In this document: piece by piece, positions 44,601 through 52,325 of the stretch | Numbering within the stretch: position 1 is the stretch's first letter | Layout: each line of letters opens with the position of its first letter | NCBI GenBank assembly: GCA_016180195.1 | Contig: JACPBS010000007.1 | Span: 9,104 to 73,103 of the forward strand | DNA from: Candidatus Woesearchaeota archaeon | GTDB lineage: Archaea; Nanobdellota; Nanobdellia; Woesearchaeales; UBA10216 | Reading direction: 5' to 3' | DNA: 64,000 bases | Program-made: the position numbers and the translations under genes | Notes under the pieces: generated by a model | Databases searched by the model: none | The model's input: only the letters and a program-made list of their open reading frames with translations | Told to the model about the DNA's origin: nothing

Positions 44601-46797
44601 TTAACGTCCCATTATTTGTTGCATATGCAGCATTTCCCGCTGTATCATTGCATCTTACATTCCAATAATAAATGCCATCGCTTGTTAATGAAAACGTATA
44701 ATTATGCAAACCACCATAGTTTACAAAACCCGACTTGTTATTGGCAGTAGTGTTCATTTCCCAGGAGCCAGTCATATTTGTCCAAAGCTCACAACTCTGA
44801 TTGCCGCCTGACACAACAGTATTCGTGACCGAGGATGCAGGCAGCGTGTTATTCATATTATCAACCGGCTCGAACTGGACACTGATGCTCCTTGTAGAGA
44901 ACCACCCATTCCTGGTATGGTTTCCTGAGAGCGTGACATTTGGAGCTTCTGTATCAACTAAAAATGAAAAATTAGACCCGTAATAGCCGAGGTTTCCTGA
45001 TGAATCATTACACTCAAAGGTCACGTTGACTACTGTGCTTCCAATTCCTGAAAGGTTGATCTCAGGGAAGGATACATTGATGCCACTCGAATAATTTACA
45101 GATACATTGATTGCCACAGATCCTGAAAGGTTATGGTACACGAAGCAGGTCTGGTTGTTTGCGTCCGATGCATTAATGGTGAAGTTCAGCATCGGCTGCC
45201 TGGTCGTCCTTGTATTCCAGTTCACAAAGGTCTCATTGATGCTGTTAACAACCGGGGCGGTTGTATCAAAGGTTATTGTATAATTCATTGTTGAATTCCT
45301 GTTTCCAGCCGAATCATTACACTGAACAGCCCACAAATAATCACCATCTGAAGTGACATTGAACCTCATGCTGTGAACGCTGCCATTCGTTACAAACCCA
45401 CCAAGATTAGTAGATGTGGTGTTAACCATCCATGTGCCAGTGATATTGGTCCACAATTCGCAGCTGTCATTACCAGACTGAGCATATGCTCCTGTGAAGG
45501 GTGAAACTGCCTTCGTAAGGTTCATGTTATCTGATGGAGTGAAATTTATCCATACACTCGTAGCCTTAAGCTTCCACATGTTTGTCGGGGCGCTGAGAGA
45601 CACGTTAGGAGGCTGATTGTCAACAGCAATAGTCAGATTCCTTCCGAAAGTAAAGTAGTTAGCTGCACTATCGTTACATGATATGCTGAAATTGTAAATT
45701 CCATTACCCAGGGCAGGTATAATAAAGCCATTTGGATCGATCACATTGAAGTTGGTTGTTATATTGGAAAAGTAATGCTGGGAATAATTTGCCCCCAAGC
45801 TCCCTGATGTGTTCGTGTAAAGGACACACGTATCATTTGACCTGTCCGAAACATTGAATGTAACATTAAATGATGTGGAGGAAGATGTCCCAGTAACCCA
45901 GTTTAGGGTTGATATGTTGAAGCTATTCAATAAAGGCTTAACCGTATCAACAGTTACTGACCACGGATTTGTGGAAGTTCCGCTGCTTCCTGTGTTATTG
46001 GCCAAATCAGAAGCATTAAGGTAAAACTGGATCGTGTCACCATCAGAAACACCGAGCTCACCTGCCATATCGACAACAATGGAGCAATTATAAGTATCCT
46101 CATAAGTGGTATTCACGTTTTGCATGCAGTCCATTGTCTTGAAGGGCTGGAAGCTTCCTGAAGTACCCCTCCTGTAGTAGAAGCTTGCTCCTGATGCATT
46201 CTTGTTATGCTCCCTGAGAGTGATTTCCCAATAAGCGCCGGCTGTGCTGTTAAGATATCCTCCGTTCACAGGGTTCTTGAGCGTCAGAACAGGAGCAGTC
46301 TTGTCAACACCAAAAAGATTCCTGCTTGTGTTAGAGGTTGTCCAGCTCTGGTTAGAATTTATAGAATCGTCCGGATTGTTGAAATATGATGTAACATTAC
46401 AAGTCCAGGCAAAAATCATGCCCCTAGCTGTTCCAAGGCCGGAAAGATTGAACTGGACCTGGGTGCCGTTATTGAATTTGCCGCTTGAAGTGCCGTTAGC
46501 AAGGATAGGATCAGTGGCTGTCTGGTTTATTGTCCATGCACCAGTCATATTTGTCCAGAGGGAAACGTTGGTTATGTTAGTCGAGTCATGGTTTGCTTCG
46601 GTCTGGACAGCGCAAAAAAGGCTTATGCTTCCATTTGTTGACCATGTGCCATTGCCTGGGGCACCAAGATATACCTGTGCAACAGCAAAATATACGCCAT
46701 AAATAGCCATGCCCATTACCAGGACCAAGAGAAGAACAGGCCAAACCTGCCTCACTCCACCATCTTTAGTATTCAAAAATCTAAAGCTAGAAACCAC
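41674..46797 (-). CDS. giant surface protein (1707 aa) built from about 6 or more repeated sequon-dense beta-sandwich modules (CELWTNMTG(S/A)W-type)
   Basis: N-terminal signal/TM, then repeated motifs CELWTNITGTWMVNTT, CELWTNMTGSWEMNTT, CKVWSNFTGSWMENST, CELWTNMTGAWEMNKT and CELWTNMTGAWQLNTT. There are dozens of N-x-S/T sequons and no C-terminal TM anchor. Confidence 0.75.
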   Translation of the reverse strand: MVSSFRFLNTKDGGVRQVWPVLLLVLVMGMAIYGVYFAVAQVYLGAPGNGTWSTNGSISLFCAVQTEANHDSTNITNVSLWTNMTGAWTINQTATDPILANGTSSGKFNNGTQVQFNLSGLGTARGMIFAWTCNVTSYFNNPDDSINSNQSWTTSNTSRNLFGVDKTAPVLTLKNPVNGGYLNSTAGAYWEITLREHNKNASGASFYYRRGTSGSFQPFKTMDCMQNVNTTYEDTYNCSIVVDMAGELGVSDGDTIQFYLNASDLANNTGSSGTSTNPWSVTVDTVKPLLNSFNISTLNWVTGTSSSTSFNVTFNVSDRSNDTCVLYTNTSGSLGANYSQHYFSNITTNFNVIDPNGFIIPALGNGIYNFSISCNDSAANYFTFGRNLTIAVDNQPPNVSLSAPTNMWKLKATSVWINFTPSDNMNLTKAVSPFTGAYAQSGNDSCELWTNITGTWMVNTTSTNLGGFVTNGSVHSMRFNVTSDGDYLWAVQCNDSAGNRNSTMNYTITFDTTAPVVNSINETFVNWNTRTTRQPMLNFTINASDANNQTCFVYHNLSGSVAINVSVNYSSGINVSFPEINLSGIGSTVVNVTFECNDSSGNLGYYGSNFSFLVDTEAPNVTLSGNHTRNGWFSTRSISVQFEPVDNMNNTLPASSVTNTVVSGGNQSCELWTNMTGSWEMNTTANNKSGFVNYGGLHNYTFSLTSDGIYYWNVRCNDTAGNAAYATNNGTLKIDTVTPVLTSVNPSNGSVFSSGTSTLFQVSVAELNVNVTYHTNTTLWFRRMGTSNWRGSNLTCYGTAPSYTCNNTVDTSNIILNGETMEYYFTVSDMAGNTGTNGSSTNPLTSSADTQAPNINASNSSQIDWRTMTANTRAIVFRATATDAAPDKCFAYTNMTGSWAANLTSATTFASGSEVTLSTITFSNDGVYSYALACNDTGGNTNYSSSNLSFTIDTTAPTVSISGPGNNTWTNDSVVSFQFTPVDNFNRSNLTTAGNQSCKVWSNFTGSWMENSTDTNYTGFVNALPNNITLTFVSTADVLWNVRCNDSSGNAGVSSDNYTVKVDFTNPTINWVNATSVNWHTRSVSSRSVTFTFNATDVHLNTCTLRHNATGTLANNMTETIVSDANSSIGPVNLSSDGVYNFQVNCDDSSGRSIASSIQQLTIDTGTPAVTATYPSNNTFVNSSSVQFQFIAIDSMNSSNSTSDGNNSCELWTNMTGAWEMNKTMVWSNNNGTYMNFSAVTFSNTSDILWGVSCNDTAKNLGSISNMTLKVDFEDPYVSLVNASQVNWDTKNTVNKSILFSFNGSDKHQNTCTLRHNATGSMANNMTVSFTTGANTTVGPVNFTSEGVYTFSVRCDDSGGRSNESLTSTFYIDTSAPNVTASYPSAGYRTGTTSVPFRFTALDNFNSTSRSDAGNQSCELWTNMTGAWQLNTTFNYYNDNGTAINVSPVTFASGVYNYSITCNDTAGNRGSFSNLTFTVDTSTPKLINWTYNESSRLLTLGFDEIMDTSTFTGSRISFNYSDGSNADGLASIDNANATPFNSTSVFVTLTYGQDAAVKKIQRNDPSARANITLNGGAVKDLSGNNNAVNNSQPNKYIKSWHESPSWPSSLTTTLTIPRTSTLESWGWSSGSTNNWNISDILSIGGLGSNYNVVYYNVDGTDSGWRVFSRTNWVGSTLQYINNTNDKEYQVNITSGSPRFELCCRTLT

Positions 46798-46886
46798 CTT
46801 GCCACCCCTTTTTTCCTAAACACATTATAATGACACCACCTTGAACATAGAGTATAAAACCCCAAACCTCTTTTATTAAAATAATT

Positions 46887-47333
46887 TTGGATAGCCAATA
46901 TTTAAACTTTTTGGTTGACGAAATCGAGGAATTTCAATTTACAAGTATTCTTTTTTGGAATAATTTAAATAAAGGGCATAAGTTTATACGAACAATGATC
47001 CTGAATTTAACGAAGAATATCCGAATAGGAGAGGGCGTTATTTTATCAGATATCATTGGAAAGGCAAAAGGGCTGATGTTCTGCAACCGAGTGGAAAATC
47101 CCCTTATATTTGCATTCGGCAAAGAGACATACATTAACCTTCACATGGTCTTCGTATTCTGCGCGATAGATGTAATACTCCTTGATTCGAACAAAACGGT
47201 TGTTGAAACCAGGGAATCACTAAAGCCGTTCCATTTCTTCAGCAGCAGAAAAAAGGCGAGATATGTAATAGAGGCAGAGGAAGGGACAATAAGGAAAACT
47301 GGAACGGAAAAGGGCGATAAGATAAAATTTTAA
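46887..47333 (+). CDS. DUF192-family protein (COG1430)
   Basis: 148 aa. LMFCNRVENPLIF...HMVFVFCAIDVILLDSNKTVVE...ARYVIEAEEG matches the DUF192 pattern. Confidence 0.5.
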   Translation: MDSQYLNFLVDEIEEFQFTSILFWNNLNKGHKFIRTMILNLTKNIRIGEGVILSDIIGKAKGLMFCNRVENPLIFAFGKETYINLHMVFVFCAIDVILLDSNKTVVETRESLKPFHFFSSRKKARYVIEAEEGTIRKTGTEKGDKIKF

Positions 47334-47361
47334 TACATGCACCTCAAGCTTCTATATAAAT

Positions 47362-47546
47362 GGGGACGTAGTATAACCCGGCATTATAGCCGGCTCCAGT
47401 TAATGGAGCGATGAGCTGCAGAAAAGAATGCGGCGATGATTAGCTGCTTGGTCTGTTGAGGCTAACGCTCTCAATGAAGAGACCGGCGGATCAGGGATGC
47501 CTGAAGAAGATCTTCAGGCACTGGAATTCAAATCCCTGCGTCCCCA
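47362..47546 (+). tRNA. tRNA-like gene with multiple introns (>=3); tentative tRNA-Asn(GUU)
   Basis: Acceptor stem ggggacg/cgtcccc with U8 A9 and discriminator A. The D-arm is the classic gctc-cagttaatg-gagc. T-arm caggg[30-nt insert]ttcaaatccctg. A candidate anticodon arm ttggt-ctgttg-[22 nt]-accgg gives GTT. The interior needs additional inserts of about 22 nt and about 37 nt. Both flanks and the first 12 nt parallel the tRNA-Pro locus. Confidence 0.45.
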
Positions 47547-47567
47547 TATTTAAAAAAAAAGGGTAAC

Positions 47568-48725
47568 ATGAAGGCAAGTTTCCTGGTGGCAATAGCAACC
47601 CTGGTTGGGGCGACAATAGGCGCCGGGATCCTTGGAATACCCTATGTAGTTTCGCAATCAGGCTTCTGGACAGGCATCCTTGCAATAGTGATATTAGGAA
47701 CCGCGACCTTACTGGTTAACCTATACATGGGCGAAGTTGCTCTGAGGACAAACGGAAACCACCAGCTGTCCGGGTATGCAGGCATATATGCAGGAAAAAT
47801 CGGGAGAAGCCTTGCATCGGCATTCCTGATACTTGGGACATATGGGGCACTTATAGCGTACACTATTGGAGTCGGCCATTCCCTAACCGCCATAATAAGC
47901 GGCAATTACTTTATGTACGGGTTATTGTTCTTTCTCCTTGCCTCAGCAATAGTAATCAATGGAATAAAATCCATAGGCAAAGCCGAGCTCCTGATAACAA
48001 GCCTGCTAATCGCCGTAGTAATACTCATACCCCTTCTCTCTTCGGACGTGATGGAAACAAAAAATTTCAGCGGATTCGACCTTTACAGGATCATGATGCC
48101 ATACGGCGTTGTATTGTTCGCATTCATGGGTGCGTCATCCATACCCACAATAAAAGAGGAACTGAACAATAACCGGAAAGTCCTGAAAAAGGCAATCATC
48201 ATAGGCACCTTGATACCGCTTGCAGTATACCTTGCATTCACAGCAATTGTAATCGGCCTTGTCGGAGGAGAATTCTCACGACTTGCTGAAAACCAGCAGA
48301 TTGCAACGGTTGCATTAAGCCTGTTCATACGGCCTGAAATAGGGAACCTTGCAAATGTCTTCGCAATATTAACAATGTCAACATCCTTCCTTGCCGGAAG
48401 CTACGCCCTGTCATCAACCTTCCAGTTCGACTACAAGCTAAAAAGGCCCCTTGCTTTATTGATGACACTTTCAATACCCCTACTCCTATTCGTGGTAAAT
48501 GCGCTATTCCTGGATGGGACAAGCTTCATGAAGATTTTAGGACTTGTCGGCTCAGTAACAGGAGGGATAATGGGAATCCTGATCGTAATAATGCATTTCA
48601 GGGCAAAAAAAATGGGGAACAGGAAACCTGAATATAACATGGGATTCAATCCCATCATTGCAGCCATACTGGCAGCAATATTCCTCACGGGAATAATAAA
48701 TGAGCTCCTATTCAGCTTTTTTTAA
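47568..48725 (+). CDS. amino acid permease (Aa_trans/AAAP-like, about 11 TM)
   Basis: N-terminal GATIGAGILGIPYVVSQSG is typical of aromatic/neutral amino-acid transporters. 385 aa, polytopic. Confidence 0.7.
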   Translation: MKASFLVAIATLVGATIGAGILGIPYVVSQSGFWTGILAIVILGTATLLVNLYMGEVALRTNGNHQLSGYAGIYAGKIGRSLASAFLILGTYGALIAYTIGVGHSLTAIISGNYFMYGLLFFLLASAIVINGIKSIGKAELLITSLLIAVVILIPLLSSDVMETKNFSGFDLYRIMMPYGVVLFAFMGASSIPTIKEELNNNRKVLKKAIIIGTLIPLAVYLAFTAIVIGLVGGEFSRLAENQQIATVALSLFIRPEIGNLANVFAILTMSTSFLAGSYALSSTFQFDYKLKRPLALLMTLSIPLLLFVVNALFLDGTSFMKILGLVGSVTGGIMGILIVIMHFRAKKMGNRKPEYNMGFNPIIAAILAAIFLTGIINELLFSFF

Positions 48726-49862
48726 CCTCAGGAGCTCAATAACAGAAATTACAACGACAAGTATTATGATGCCGAGAAGCACATATACAAAATAAGACGA
48801 TAAAAATGCCGCCCCCCTGCCAAAAATAGCCTTGAAAGGCGCAGCAAAGCCTGACAGATCAGCATTTGACCCGGATAAAGCCCTGTATGACACAAACACT
48901 ATAGCAGCCAATACAAATACTGCAAGCAACAACAATAACAGCCTTCCAAAATCAAAACGTTTCTCAGCCTGAACACTCCTAAATCTGCTCTCCCAGGAAT
49001 ACTTTTTATCACTCCGGATTGTTTCATCCTTATTCCTGCGGGCGCGGAGGATTATAAAAACAAGCAATGCAAGGACAATAATTACAACAGGGAAATATAT
49101 AAGCGAGTCAAGAAGCAACCTGGAGAAATCCCTTTTCTTCTCGTAAAGCGGAAAATCAGTACGGCATGAAGAATTTATGTTCATCCTTAAAGGATAAGCA
49201 CCCGCAAAACCAGACCTCTCCGCCCGTGAGACAAAATCAAAGCTTCCCGATGAAGCTGAGCATTCAGGAGTCATTACCAGGTTAACTATCGCTCCCATGC
49301 CGGGCTCAAGCTCAACATCCTCAGGGATGAAGAGTGCATAATCCGAAAAGCTGCTGACTGAAAACTTATACCGCTCCGAATATGATCCGGCGTTAGAAAC
49401 ATTAAAAACGTATGCAAGGACATTGCACCTGCATCCAGTATCGTTCCTGTATACAAGCCTGATCCCGACGTTATTGCAGGGAGAAGACTCTATGACCTGC
49501 CTAAACTCCTTTACAAGATTCGTATCTGTCCTGATCCTGACAACAAGTTCAAATGTGCCCCTTTCACAAGGCACATTCACAAACTCCGAGATAACCGCTT
49601 TCTCGCCAGGCTTAAGCAAAAACGCATCAGGCGAAAAAGCAACATATCTTGAAGCCGGACCTGAAGCCTCTATAGTGAAAAAGTTCTCAAAATCGCCATT
49701 TGTAATGAAAAGAAACCTTTCCAGAGGCTCACTGCAACATAAGCCTATAGTGGAGTCTGAATAGGCAACGAAATCATTTGAAGCAGAAACTAACTGATAA
49801 AACGAAATAAAAAAAAGAAAAAGAAACAGCGATTTCCAGGCCATAAAACCTCCGGAAATCAA
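48708..49862 (-). CDS. membrane protein with extracytoplasmic Cys-containing domain and multiple C-terminal TM helices (hypothetical)
   Basis: Signal peptide, a domain of about 230 aa, then 3 or more TM helices. Its start overlaps the upstream gene's stop by 4 nt. Confidence 0.5.
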   Translation of the reverse strand: MISGGFMAWKSLFLFLFFISFYQLVSASNDFVAYSDSTIGLCCSEPLERFLFITNGDFENFFTIEASGPASRYVAFSPDAFLLKPGEKAVISEFVNVPCERGTFELVVRIRTDTNLVKEFRQVIESSPCNNVGIRLVYRNDTGCRCNVLAYVFNVSNAGSYSERYKFSVSSFSDYALFIPEDVELEPGMGAIVNLVMTPECSASSGSFDFVSRAERSGFAGAYPLRMNINSSCRTDFPLYEKKRDFSRLLLDSLIYFPVVIIVLALLVFIILRARRNKDETIRSDKKYSWESRFRSVQAEKRFDFGRLLLLLLAVFVLAAIVFVSYRALSGSNADLSGFAAPFKAIFGRGAAFLSSYFVYVLLGIIILVVVISVIELLRLKKAE

Positions 49863-51136
49863 TAATACGTCTTTGTCTCTGTTTCAGGTTCCTCTTCCTT
49901 TCCCCTCATCCTGCTGAATATCACAAGCAATGCTATAACGATCACGATCACTGCAAGAACAATGAGGCCTATCTCGAGAAGCCTCCTCATGTTGCCTAGA
50001 CCGCCTTCCTTTGGCTGCACCCTTGCCTTCATCAGGATTTGCTGGAGGCTGTTGCCGGCCTGGTCCTTAACCGTGAGCGAAAAAGTCTTTTCTCCCTCCG
50101 ATGCCTCAGGCTTGGCAGAGACAAAAAGGCTCACTGTCTTTGATTCCCCGGCATTCACGACAACAACATTGCTCGGGCTCAATCTAACATTACCCCAGTC
50201 TGTGTAGCCATCAACAACAAGCGTGTAAGCCTTCTGGCTGGATCCCTGATTAGTAATCGTTACAGGGTATACTGCACCACCCTCCCCTGCTACAATGGAC
50301 TGAGCATCAGTGCTCACTGTAATAGTTGTCTTTTCTCCTGTTTTGTCAGTGCCCTGAACAGGGCAGGCATCACTTTTCAATACCTCTATGCGGCCTGTCT
50401 TTGCAGCAGCCTCAAAGCCCTCATTAAACTCGATTGTAGCCTTGATATCATAAATTCCCGGCTTGGCACATGTGGGGACTCTCAGGAAAAGCTCCTCTGA
50501 AGTTGTACTGTCCCCTGACTCAAGCTTATCCATGAAGTCTGTAGCAGATACACCGAGATCAGGAATGCTTACCTTGATCTTGACCCCCTGCTGGTCCCTT
50601 TCACCCATATTCTTTACCCTGACTGTCGCTATCAAAGCACGACCGGCAACAACAGATGTTTCCGGATTCAAAATGACATCCTTGATCACGACACTGTGCC
50701 TCGGGACATCCACCTTTATCCTGAAATTCTGTATCAACTCAGGCCCGTTCCTGTCCGTAACAAGGATCCTGAGCATATAATTATCCTCATCCGCAAGGTC
50801 AGGAAGCCTCAGCCTGATCCTTTTTACATAAGTAACTCCTGACTCGACATCGAAAACAGGGGTAACATCAGATATCGGCTGGTCTTTGTTAAATTCAAAA
50901 CCGCTTATAAACCCATGAACCTCAATGTCACTGCCGTTAGAAACTGCATTCAGCCTGACCTTGACATCCAGATCCTGCCCTCTTTCAAGATCCAACCTGT
51001 TCGGATCCTGTGTTGTCACAAGCTCGCCATCCACATGAACGCTTTCAATAGTTACAGGGACTGCGCTGACCAAAGAAGACACTGAAACAAACAGAACGAA
51101 TACCAGGACAAGACTGACGATGGATTTAAAAATCAT
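49859..51136 (-). CDS. secreted surface protein with CARDB/Ig-like beta domains and C-terminal TM anchor (hypothetical)
   Basis: Signal peptide, beta-rich domains, then the TM helix IGLIVLAVIVIVIALLVIF followed by an acidic tail. Confidence 0.55.
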   Translation of the reverse strand: MIFKSIVSLVLVFVLFVSVSSLVSAVPVTIESVHVDGELVTTQDPNRLDLERGQDLDVKVRLNAVSNGSDIEVHGFISGFEFNKDQPISDVTPVFDVESGVTYVKRIRLRLPDLADEDNYMLRILVTDRNGPELIQNFRIKVDVPRHSVVIKDVILNPETSVVAGRALIATVRVKNMGERDQQGVKIKVSIPDLGVSATDFMDKLESGDSTTSEELFLRVPTCAKPGIYDIKATIEFNEGFEAAAKTGRIEVLKSDACPVQGTDKTGEKTTITVSTDAQSIVAGEGGAVYPVTITNQGSSQKAYTLVVDGYTDWGNVRLSPSNVVVVNAGESKTVSLFVSAKPEASEGEKTFSLTVKDQAGNSLQQILMKARVQPKEGGLGNMRRLLEIGLIVLAVIVIVIALLVIFSRMRGKEEEPETETKTYY

Positions 51137-51251
51137 TTTTCCCCCTCCGATGTTTTTGTTTTTTTGTTTTTTATAGTCGCCTTATATTTAAAGGTTTCGA
51201 TATTTTAGTATAATGAAGTAGTTACATTAATTTCCTACTCCATCATGAATA

Positions 51252-52325
51252 CTATCTGCAGCTTTCCCTTATCTCAAAGTCCCTGTGCTTGACCCTCCTC
51301 ACAAAGTCATCGCTGAAAGTAATCCTAAGATCATACCTGCCAGGCTTTGCATCCTCAGGAACATCAAGCAGGAACGATCTCTCCTCCTTCTCACCAACAT
51401 CCAGGTTGAACGGCCCGATCCTGTTCCTAATCTCCGGATCAAAGGCAACTGCGGTGACCGTGAAATCATCCAAAGGATGAAGGCCTATGTTCTCTATGCT
51501 AACAAAAACAGTTTCGCTCGAGCCCGGCTCAATGCATTCGGGAATGGCAACCTGCTCAACAAAAAGCTCCCTCCTGGGAATGTTAATCCTGGGCGGAAGC
51601 TTCACGTTCAAAGTCCATGCCTGGGTATCGGAAAGGCTCCCATCAGAAGCCACTAAAATGAAAAGACTGGGACCAAGCTGTCTCCTGCCAGGTTTCCATG
51701 TAACAAGCCCTGTTGACTGATCAATAGTTGCACCTTCCGGCGCTGAAGACAGCGAAAAAGTCACATTATCCCCGTCAGGGTCTATAGCATCTGCATCATA
51801 AGTGTAAACAGCACTGAAGCTGTCAAGATCGGGCTCAATTAGCTCCTGAATTGGCGTTGTAATTATTTTTGGAGCCCTGTTAACGTTGACCACGTTAATG
51901 ACGATAGTCTCCGAATCTGAAAGCACACCATCACTAACTGAAAAAACAACCCTGTACGTGCCAGCCTGACCGAAGCCAGGGGTCCAGGAGAATGTTCTTG
52001 AAGCCTGATTAAACGAGGACCCGGCTGGAAGGCTTGCAGCAGAAAATGACAAAGGATCATTATCCGGATCAGAGGCGCTAATTCTAAACTCCAAAAGGCT
52101 GCCCTCATTAACAGTCTTATCGCCAATAGGGTCAAGTACAGGAGCCCTGTTCACAACGCACCTCAACCTCTTCGGCACCCCGCTCAACAATGCATTATTC
52201 GTATGAACAGCACTACACGACACACCCATACCCGAAGGAGCATCACTACCACCCGGAACAGCAACACCCACATCAGACTTCACACCCGAAACCGAACACG
52301 AAAAAGCACCACCTGAACAGACCAA
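51252..52325 (-). CDS. C-terminal fragment of a disrupted Cys-rich repeat surface protein (cadherin-like/He_PIG-type repeats)
   Basis: The repeats NRAPVLDPIGDKTVNEG...SASDPDNDPLSFS and NRAPKIITTPIQ...DPDGDNVTFS are typical of putative Ig/cadherin-like domains. The N-terminus duplicates a segment of the upstream fragment. Confidence 0.5.
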   Translation of the reverse strand: MVCSGGAFSCSVSGVKSDVGVAVPGGSDAPSGMGVSCSAVHTNNALLSGVPKRLRCVVNRAPVLDPIGDKTVNEGSLLEFRISASDPDNDPLSFSAASLPAGSSFNQASRTFSWTPGFGQAGTYRVVFSVSDGVLSDSETIVINVVNVNRAPKIITTPIQELIEPDLDSFSAVYTYDADAIDPDGDNVTFSLSSAPEGATIDQSTGLVTWKPGRRQLGPSLFILVASDGSLSDTQAWTLNVKLPPRINIPRRELFVEQVAIPECIEPGSSETVFVSIENIGLHPLDDFTVTAVAFDPEIRNRIGPFNLDVGEKEERSFLLDVPEDAKPGRYDLRITFSDDFVRRVKHRDFEIRESCR

